Part shown: positions 43,931 to 49,517 of the stretch, piece by piece
Layout: every line of letters begins with the position of its first letter
How positions within the stretch are numbered: the first letter of the stretch is position 1
Source: a virus
Lineage: Duplodnaviria; Caudoviricetes
Strand: one strand, 5' to 3'
IMG/VR virus record: IMGVR_UViG_3300021086_000007
Span: 1-49,517 of that record
Length of the DNA: 49,517 nucleotides
Program-made: the position numbers and the translations under genes
The notes under the pieces: model-generated
What the model was told of the DNA's origin: nothing
The model's input: only the letters and a program-made list of their open reading frames with translations
The model's database searches: none

Positions 43931-44265
43931 TCTGGATCCTGCGATTTGATCAGGGTTGGCTTCTCGCAATATTGATTTGGACAGAACATGTAAGGCCCGA
44001 TCTCACCCCCAGCCAAGCCATAACCTATCTCTAGTGGAGTACGGCAATGTTCACATACTTCACTCCGTACCAAATGAACCTTACCTCCAGTACCGAATAT
44101 TTGGACATCATCATCATAAGGCTCAGGCCCATCTTCATCCCCGACAGCTAAATCACAAGGATCGCAGTACCAGCCTGCGCCAATACCAACATCAGGCTCT
44201 TCGCCTTGGTAGCTATCACCGATATCTTTCCCACATCTGGGGCATTCCTTTGATCTTGTCATCAA
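43927..44265 (-). CDS. Double zinc-ribbon protein
   Basis: CPRC...CDPC...CEHC...CPNQYC. Confidence 0.7.
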   Translation of the reverse strand: MMTRSKECPRCGKDIGDSYQGEEPDVGIGAGWYCDPCDLAVGDEDGPEPYDDDVQIFGTGGKVHLVRSEVCEHCRTPLEIGYGLAGGEIGPYMFCPNQYCEKPTLIKSQDPE

Positions 44266-44597
44266 TCTAACTCACTCAAAAGCTCAACCGAAGAGGGATC
44301 CAAACTCGTCCTCTCCGCATAAACCCACCACGCCCCATCCGTATCTTCCTTGAGCTTTAGCTGTAAAGGGTCGTACTCGCTTGAGCCCCAAAGAGGCATG
44401 TTTGGTTCATGTACCTTCTTGTTCTCTTCTCGATGCAACACTCGTGCCTTATTGCACCGTAGGCGGAAGTAATGCGCGTCCGCGTAAGCCCCAAGACAAA
44501 CCCGACCACCTTTAGGGTCATCGACGACCCTTTCGAAGAAATCGAGGCAGTCTTGATACGACTGTAGGGAGGTAGGGAGGGACATCTCATTCACCAT
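44262..44597 (-). CDS. Hypothetical protein
   Basis: Coupled ORF in the replication operon. Confidence 0.7.
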   Translation of the reverse strand: MVNEMSLPTSLQSYQDCLDFFERVVDDPKGGRVCLGAYADAHYFRLRCNKARVLHREENKKVHEPNMPLWGSSEYDPLQLKLKEDTDGAWWVYAERTSLDPSSVELLSELD

Positions 44598-46021
44598 TCT
44601 ATCTGTTCAGAATCGATCTCTGTTAAGCAGTCACTTGAGCGGGTGCTTATGACGTAGTCGAGGTTCTTATTCTGCGCCGTCGGGTCCTTCCGCACCAGCC
44701 AAGGATCAAGGTGGATCACATTCTCCCACTCCAGACCCTTGGCCTTATGTCCGGTAGTGAGAAGTATCCGGCCGCGTTGGTCGAAGATATGCTTTGCGTA
44801 AGCCATAGCTCCTGCAAGGTCTTTTCCTTGCAAGGCAAAGACCCTCATACACGCAGCCATATCCGAAGCTGTCTTAGACTCCTTTTCGAGCCGATCGGCT
44901 TCCCATTCTTTAATCGAGGTAAGGACCCCATCCCTGCGAAGCGTCTCCGGGCCGAGCTTCTTCATGATCCCAATAAGCCGTGGGCCAATGTCGCTACCAG
45001 CAATACTAATAGACCTACCCGCCACCAGAAGACGGAATGCCACGGATAGAAGCGGGGCGTTATTGCGGCATATAATAGTGCTATCATCAGCAATATCACT
45101 AACGTGAATGTGAGATGGCTTATCAACTCGGCCTCCTTTTGTGAACCACTTAAAATGAGGCACATGCCAATGCACATTACGTACTATTTCCTCGGGACAT
45201 CTGAAGCTAATGCTCAAAGGCAATCCCTGGCACTTGTACGTTTCCTTTGCTTCTTCAATCCCTCCGGCGGAAGCTCCTCTGAAACCGTAGATATTTTGCC
45301 AAGGGTCCCCAACACCAATAAGCCTTCCGCGAACAAGCTTCTTAAGAAGGGCGTGATTGATCGGTGACAGGTCTTGGTATTCGTCAACGAGAACAAGTGG
45401 AAACTGAGGGTATGCACCACCGAACAATGCGGGCATGTATATCTGATCGTTGTAGTCAATGAGCCCTTCGTAGGATTGCTTGATGCTATGCTGAAGGACG
45501 GTATCGATGAGGTCGGCGGTGAGGTCATCGGGGATCTCGTCTAGTGAATGATGGAAGGCGGTGCGACCGATTAGTCGCTTGGCGTTGGGGTAGAGATCGC
45601 CGGGGATGTAGCCGAGAGCTTTAGCAAGGCCGACACCGCTGAGGACTTCGTGGTATACCCCCCAAAGTGTATCTCGATAGTTCTTAGGTGCGTTATCAAT
45701 GATGTCGCGTAAGATGAGGTTGCATTTCTTCGCATCCACACGGAGGTTCCGCCCCGTGGACCAGATTCGATGTCCCATAGAGTTGAAGGTCCGGACAGTA
45801 GTGGTGGAGAGCATTCGCTTTGCGGCTTCATCAGCGTTCTTTCTGTTAAAGACAAGGTAGAGAATTGGCCCTCTAGGCACGGCGCGTTCAAGCAACTCCA
45901 GAGTTGAAGTCTTCCCTGTTCCTGCAAGGGCTGAGATCATGAGGTTGCTTCGTGAAGCCTTTGCGGCAGCCACAATGGCGTCTTGTTCTTCAGTGTTAGC
46001 ATGGCTCATTGTGTCGATCAT
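44591..46021 (-). CDS. UvrD/Rep-like SF1 helicase
   Basis: TEEQ, ALAGTGKT, LVFN, VLVDEYQD, VGDPWQNIYGFRGA, SFRCP, CRNN, TGHKAKGLEW and YVISTR. Confidence 0.93.
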   Translation of the reverse strand: MIDTMSHANTEEQDAIVAAAKASRSNLMISALAGTGKTSTLELLERAVPRGPILYLVFNRKNADEAAKRMLSTTTVRTFNSMGHRIWSTGRNLRVDAKKCNLILRDIIDNAPKNYRDTLWGVYHEVLSGVGLAKALGYIPGDLYPNAKRLIGRTAFHHSLDEIPDDLTADLIDTVLQHSIKQSYEGLIDYNDQIYMPALFGGAYPQFPLVLVDEYQDLSPINHALLKKLVRGRLIGVGDPWQNIYGFRGASAGGIEEAKETYKCQGLPLSISFRCPEEIVRNVHWHVPHFKWFTKGGRVDKPSHIHVSDIADDSTIICRNNAPLLSVAFRLLVAGRSISIAGSDIGPRLIGIMKKLGPETLRRDGVLTSIKEWEADRLEKESKTASDMAACMRVFALQGKDLAGAMAYAKHIFDQRGRILLTTGHKAKGLEWENVIHLDPWLVRKDPTAQNKNLDYVISTRSSDCLTEIDSEQIEW

Positions 46022-46251
46022 GATATAAGCTTTCCCATCGCAAGCTCCGTAACCTTCTCCCTCATTCGTTTCTGCAACTCCGCTACAGCAAGCCAACCCA
46101 TCGCCATCACCCTGTCCTTATCCGTGTCTTCGATTTGGTGCAGATGGGCGATGACGGCGCAACAGTCCCGAGCTTCGTCGAGGTGGTGGAGGAGTTTGAT
46201 GTAGGTTTCCGAGCGGGTGACAATGCCGCCTTTGGTGGAGAAGTTGGTCAT
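46018..46251 (-). CDS. Small helical hypothetical protein
   Basis: GAGG RBS, ATGA-coupled. Confidence 0.65.
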   Translation of the reverse strand: MTNFSTKGGIVTRSETYIKLLHHLDEARDCCAVIAHLHQIEDTDKDRVMAMGWLAVAELQKRMREKVTELAMGKLIS

Positions 46252-46460
46252 TTCTTCCTCATGTTGTAAGTAGGATCGTTGTGCCATTCTGGCACTTGTG
46301 CTGTGCCTATCATATACGCACAGGCCTTAGTTACACGTTCTGAAGGCAATTCAACCACCTCCCCTGTCCTTGTCTTTCTCACCACCGGCATCCCTGGGTC
46401 CCTCCAATCGAGGACGTTTGGGTTCCGTTGGAGATGCCTTCTTTGTTGCTTCGTAATCAT
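46248..46460 (-). CDS. Small hypothetical protein
   Basis: MITKQQRR...NPNVLDWRDPGMPV...DPTYN. Overlaps the upstream ORF. Confidence 0.55.
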   Translation of the reverse strand: MITKQQRRHLQRNPNVLDWRDPGMPVVRKTRTGEVVELPSERVTKACAYMIGTAQVPEWHNDPTYNMRKK

Positions 46461-46677
46461 AAACATAAACCCTTCTAATCTCGCCCACCATAAGGGTGAG
46501 GATTCGGTCGCTTTCATCTTGCATTCGTTTGAAGGTGCCTTCACAAAGCTGAGCGATAAGTGGCCGCATCTCTGCAAAGTTGGCGCATTGGCTGATGCGA
46601 TAGATTAGCTGATCCTGCTGGCGTAGCAAAGCAACGAGGCGCAAGACTTCGTTTGAAGAAGGATCTGGAGTGGTCAC
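46351..46677 (-). CDS. Hypothetical protein
   Basis: GTGA-coupled ORF. Confidence 0.55.
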   Translation of the reverse strand: MTTPDPSSNEVLRLVALLRQQDQLIYRISQCANFAEMRPLIAQLCEGTFKRMQDESDRILTLMVGEIRRVYVYDYEATKKASPTEPKRPRLEGPRDAGGEKDKDRGGG

Positions 46678-47123
46678 AGGCGCCTCGCTATGTGTGGCCT
46701 TGCGGAGCGGAATAGGGAAGTGATGTCGTGCTTTGGTGCTGGAAGGGTTTTGTAATGGTCGGGCCAGCCTGAAGGCATCATAGGCACGACATCCAATGTT
46801 CTTTCTGGAAGGATCAATGGAAAGGACTCAGCTGTATCATGCATCAGGGCCCCTAGAGCAAGGGACCAATACGGCCATGCCCGATGCCCCGAAGTCGGTA
46901 TGATCCACCAATAGCCAAGGCTGTCGCAGTCGAAACAACCATGTGCGCTTTGTCCTCCACATTCAGAGCACACGCCTCCGTAGTTGTGCTCACCTGTGAA
47001 ACCAGAACCTCCACAGGTCTTGCAAGCAGAGTTGCCGTGACAGTGTGGGCATATCATCTTCTCCGCAACATCAAAAGCAGCTTCGCCCCGCACTTTATGC
47101 GCAATGAGAAAGAGTTCAAACAT
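46674..47123 (-). CDS. DnaJ-type zinc-finger-containing protein
   Basis: CPHCHG, CKTCGGSG, CSECGG and CFDCDSLG. Confidence 0.75.
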   Translation of the reverse strand: MFELFLIAHKVRGEAAFDVAEKMICPHCHGNSACKTCGGSGFTGEHNYGGVCSECGGQSAHGCFDCDSLGYWWIIPTSGHRAWPYWSLALGALMHDTAESFPLILPERTLDVVPMMPSGWPDHYKTLPAPKHDITSLFRSARPHIARRL

Positions 47124-47202
47124 TTGTGAATAACCTATTATGTAGTTTGATCGAAGCTAACATACCCACCATAGCCCCCAATCCGCCGATGAGATAGGCC
47201 AT
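47116..47202 (-). CDS. Hydrophobic micropeptide (28 aa)
   Basis: MAYLIGGLGAMVGMLASIKLHNRLFTNV fills the gap between neighbours. Confidence 0.45.
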   Translation of the reverse strand: MAYLIGGLGAMVGMLASIKLHNRLFTNV

Positions 47203-47203
47203 C

Positions 47204-47458
47204 TTACTGCAACTTTCCCTTCTCGTCCGCCTCATTTGCTTCAAGGTTCTCAAGGAAGCTTTTGTTGTAATCCTCAAGCATAAGTTTGGGATCGAAGCCG
47301 GGTTGGGAGTTGTTGAGCCAAATGGTGAGATGGAGCATCTCGATGATAGTGACAGCTTCAAAGGGAGTGTCGGTGAGGCCGATGATGGTGCCGTAGAGGC
47401 CTTGGGCCATAAACTGTAGCTCCGCTACGCGTTCGGGGGAGATTGCAGGCTCGGCCAT
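47204..47458 (-). CDS. Small hypothetical protein
   Basis: AGGAG RBS, coupled. Confidence 0.7.
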   Translation of the reverse strand: MAEPAISPERVAELQFMAQGLYGTIIGLTDTPFEAVTIIEMLHLTIWLNNSQPGFDPKLMLEDYNKSFLENLEANEADEKGKLQ

Positions 47459-47754
47459 CAGATAACTCCTATCTTCTTGAGTGCATCCCGTGCCGCCTCG
47501 CGATCATTCTGCGTAAGCCCCTTCATAGTGAGAGCCTTTGGTGGGATCTCGGCGCGGTGGAACGGGACGCCACTGTGCTCAATATGAAGCGCACCCATAT
47601 GGTGCAGGCCTGCGCTTAAGCCTCCTTCGCTCCGCGAGAAGCAGGCGACGTAGGGGCCGTTTATGGAAGGGAGTTGCATGTAGATGTTCATCTCATCGGC
47701 CCAGCAAAGGACGGCGTAAGCTGGCGCGGCAGATTTGGCTTTGGAGGCGTTCAT
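47458..47754 (-). CDS. Small hypothetical protein
   Basis: ATGA-coupled ORF. Confidence 0.7.
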   Translation of the reverse strand: MNASKAKSAAPAYAVLCWADEMNIYMQLPSINGPYVACFSRSEGGLSAGLHHMGALHIEHSGVPFHRAEIPPKALTMKGLTQNDREAARDALKKIGVI

Positions 47755-47951
47755 GGCTCATTTCCTGTTCCGTTGCAGCGAGTACATTGTACACAGAAGG
47801 CCTCTTCACCGCCTCCATGACATCTCATGCAGGGCATGTGAACAAAACGCCAGTGTGGTGCTATTCCAAAAGGCTCAGGCTCAGGTTGGGCCTTCAACTC
47901 CCCCTTCATCCGCGCCGCGATGTCTTTGAAGTCGTAGACGAAGGAGGTCAT
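47751..47951 (-). CDS. Small DnaJ-type zinc-finger protein
   Basis: Start MTSFVYDF; CMRCHGGG...CTRCNGTG. Confidence 0.7.
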   Translation of the reverse strand: MTSFVYDFKDIAARMKGELKAQPEPEPFGIAPHWRFVHMPCMRCHGGGEEAFCVQCTRCNGTGNEP

Positions 47952-48022
47952 CGAAGCACCCAATAGATCAAAAAGCCAAACTGCGCTAAGCTTGCCGCGG
48001 CTAGGGTGTATGGGATTAGCAT
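47948..48022 (-). CDS. Hydrophobic micropeptide (24 aa)
   Basis: MLIPYTLAAASLAQFGFLIYWVLR with GAGGAGG RBS, coupled at both ends (TGATG / ATGA). Confidence 0.6.
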   Translation of the reverse strand: MLIPYTLAAASLAQFGFLIYWVLR

Positions 48023-48399
48023 CAAAACCTCCTCTTGATGTAGGAAGGCAAAGGTGGCTCTTGCGGAGCATAGAGTTCGACGTGAGTGATTTCTAAAGGC
48101 GGTTTGTCTGTGGTGTAGATGATGGTATGTTTCTGGGTTTGGCTCAGGCCCTCAATAAACTCTGGCTCACGTTGTACCCACCCTCCACGGTCGAAATCAA
48201 AGAACCACTCATCTCCGACATGCTCTCTCGCGATGAATTTAGGAAGCATCTGGCGGTGGCGACAAGTGTGGTGTGGCCCACGGGGGCATTCACAGTTATC
48301 GGTATCACATAGATACGAGCTTTCGACATTCATGTCGTTATCGAATTTACTGATCCTGTATTGATCTCCATCATGGCGACAGTTATACAAAATGGTCAT
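48022..48399 (-). CDS. SWIM-like zinc-finger protein
   Basis: Y.....CECP......CRH. Confidence 0.7.
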   Translation of the reverse strand: MTILYNCRHDGDQYRISKFDNDMNVESSYLCDTDNCECPRGPHHTCRHRQMLPKFIAREHVGDEWFFDFDRGGWVQREPEFIEGLSQTQKHTIIYTTDKPPLEITHVELYAPQEPPLPSYIKRRF

Positions 48400-48539
48400 G
48401 TCCAAAACCTTTCCTCTTCTTCTCTGACACAGGTGGCCTTTTCCGGATCTATAATCTGCCCACAGTTAGGACAAATGAATATCACATAGGGCTCATCTCC
48501 GATGGCTTCGCAAGGCGTGGCGCACTTTGTGCAAGTCAT
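48396..48539 (-). CDS. Small zinc-ribbon protein (47 aa)
   Basis: MTCTKC...FICPNCG, ATGA-coupled at both ends. Not in the ORF track. Confidence 0.6.
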   Translation of the reverse strand: MTCTKCATPCEAIGDEPYVIFICPNCGQIIDPEKATCVREEEERFWT

Positions 48540-48805
48540 GACATCCCTCCAAAGAACAAACATCGAGGCGTACCGCCGCTAGCGCAAACATGACACCCAC
48601 CATCCTTAGAAGGAAAAGAAGCGTTCTTAGGGAACAGCATTCCATGCCATTTGTAGTAATCTGGGCTGGAAGTGATCTCCTCGCACGCGACAGGGTGGCA
48701 GTCTTGATCTGAGCAACAGTTCTTCGGGTACCATTCATGCGCTGGAGCGCGATGCGTAGCTAAAGCTAAAGCCAGAGCCAACGCGGTAGCATAAGGGCGG
48801 ATCAT
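48536..48805 (-). CDS. Secreted six-Cys small protein (HEWYP..CCS..DC type)
   Basis: Leader ...ALALALALATHRAPA/H, then HEWYPKNCCSDQDCHPV...SKDG.CHVC......RCLF. The pattern is recalled from Hyphomicrobiales hypothetical proteins. Confidence 0.75.
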   Translation of the reverse strand: MIRPYATALALALALATHRAPAHEWYPKNCCSDQDCHPVACEEITSSPDYYKWHGMLFPKNASFPSKDGGCHVCASGGTPRCLFFGGMS

Positions 48806-48981
48806 TGCTCACTCCTATTCAATAGCTCTACAATCTGCATAGCTATCGTTTGATCCTTGCACTCACATATGGCATAGAAATCGCCCTCCCGGTATGGATA
48901 GGGCTGTTGCCGATCCTTGATACAGACATCATAACAGCATCTGTGCTCAGTATCGGTGGAGATGAAATACCTGTCTGTCAT
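48802..48981 (-). CDS. Small Cys-containing hypothetical protein
   Basis: Start MTDRYFIS (ATGA-coupled); HRCCY...ICEC...IVELLN. Confidence 0.65.
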   Translation of the reverse strand: MTDRYFISTDTEHRCCYDVCIKDRQQPYPYREGDFYAICECKDQTIAMQIVELLNRSEQ

Positions 48982-49049
48982 ATGAACACCCAAAAGCAAA
49001 ACCCTATCCCGCAAAGGGAGCCGATAAACGCAGCTAGAATTATAGGCAT
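48978..49049 (-). CDS. Hydrophobic micropeptide (23 aa), first gene after the promoter
   Basis: MPIILAAFIGSLCGIGFCFWVFI with GGAGG RBS and ATGA coupling. Confidence 0.65.
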   Translation of the reverse strand: MPIILAAFIGSLCGIGFCFWVFI

Positions 49050-49071
49050 GAAATCCTCCATTGTACTTACC

Positions 49072-49100
49072 AGTATACACCATTTCTGACATAAAGTCAA
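49072..49100 (-). promoter_or_regulatory. Sigma70-type promoter
   Basis: Minus strand TTGACT-17 bp-TATACT. Confidence 0.8.
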
Positions 49101-49128
49101 GGGGTCTGATTGCTACCAGACCCCCTGA
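49097..49128 (-). terminator. Hairpin terminating the origin-spanning gene; overlaps the next -35
   Basis: GGGGTCTG-N8-CAGACCCC with TCA/TGA extension, followed by CTTT on the - strand. Confidence 0.6.
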
Positions 49129-49153
49129 TTTACCTGATACCTTCAGATGAAGC

Positions 49154-49517
49154 TTAAGACGAAGAATGCGAAGCTCGGCTTACATCTGGAAGGGGGCGCC
49201 AATCGTAATCTTCCTTAGTACCACCGCCATCAAGCCAGAGGTGGAGGGGGACGTAGTAGGTTACGTCGTAGTACTTCCTGCCTTTGTAAAAGGTAGAACG
49301 GTCGCGGTTGCGTTCAGGCGGCGAAGCGCTTGAGGCAGCAGACGTTTCGCTCTTGGCAGATGTGGAGAATGCACTCACTTGGGAAGTATGGTCCGTGAGG
49401 GCAAAAGGGCCATCACTCTGACCCTCAATCAACCCACGCTCCGCAGATGAGGCATCGGAGACCTCCTGCACTGAGGCGGAGCTTGGAGTGGGAGCAGTAG
49501 TAGGGTCCGTTTCACTC
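49154..49517 (-). CDS. 3' part of the origin-spanning protein (insertion allele, +SDGPFAL)
   Basis: In frame with 855..1; aromatic C-terminal domain YKGRKYYDV...WLDGGGT.EDYDWRP. Confidence 0.85.
   Translation of the reverse strand, partial: SETDPTTAPTPSSASVQEVSDASSAERGLIEGQSDGPFALTDHTSQVSAFSTSAKSETSAASSASPPERNRDRSTFYKGRKYYDVTYYVPLHLWLDGGGTKEDYDWRPLPDVSRASHSSS
49286..49517. repeat. Terminal overlap, right copy (232 bp, includes the 21-bp insertion 49397-49417)
   Basis: Direct comparison with 1-211. Confidence 0.95.

Larger units (their letters stand above)
1..49517. mobile_element. Complete (circularly permuted) podovirus-like bacteriophage genome, apparently lytic, probable Hyphomicrobiales/Bradyrhizobium-like host
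   Basis: Terminase, portal, capsid, tail tubular, ejection, lysis and replication genes are all present. The ends overlap. No host housekeeping genes, integrase or RNA polymerase were recognised. Confidence 0.93.

Noticed and set aside
49286-49517. Terminal repeat as a true physical direct terminal repeat
   Set aside because: It falls in the middle of a coding gene and the two copies differ by an indel. A circular-assembly overlap at a polymorphic site is more likely.
1-49517. Temperate lifestyle, T7-type RNA polymerase, tRNA genes or alternative genetic code
   Set aside because: No integrase, CI/Cro pair, ParAB, single-subunit RNAP or tRNA cloverleaf was seen. Core genes are intact under code 11 and use all three stop codons.

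Overview
This window is an essentially complete, circularly permuted dsDNA tailed-phage genome of about 49.3 kb. Bases 1-211 recur at 49286-49517, and the right-hand copy carries an extra 21 bp. The virion genes are podovirus-type. The head module resembles BPP-1 (TerL, portal, Bbp19-like protein, scaffold, major capsid, cement protein). The tail module resembles T7 (tail tubular A/B, ejection proteins). I see no phage RNA polymerase, integrase or CI-like repressor. Two arms diverge from a structured, CTAG-rich control region at about 3.2-3.6 kb. The + arm (3.6-35.4 kb) encodes packaging, virion and lysis genes. The - arm (3.2 kb through the origin to 35.4 kb) encodes many small early proteins, a UvrD-like helicase, a PD-(D/E)XK nuclease, an AAA_24 ATPase, an SSB-like protein, DUF3310, a split family-A DNA polymerase and a DUF3987-type ATPase. 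Sequence signatures suggest a Hyphomicrobiales host, probably Bradyrhizobium-like (inference). Highlights: (1) virion-cluster proteins, including the apparent tail fibre, carry Sec-type signal peptides and several cysteines, suggesting export and periplasmic maturation; (2) a host-type outer-membrane beta-barrel sits in a lysis cassette with no recognisable spanins; (3) PolA is split inside its proofreading domain, is fused to a UDG-like domain and has His at position 762; (4) an Acb2-like anti-CBASS sponge; (5) several highly structured intergenic RNA candidates; (6) membrane micropeptides and an origin-spanning gene that the ORF track missed. All family assignments come from motif recognition by eye; no database searches were run.
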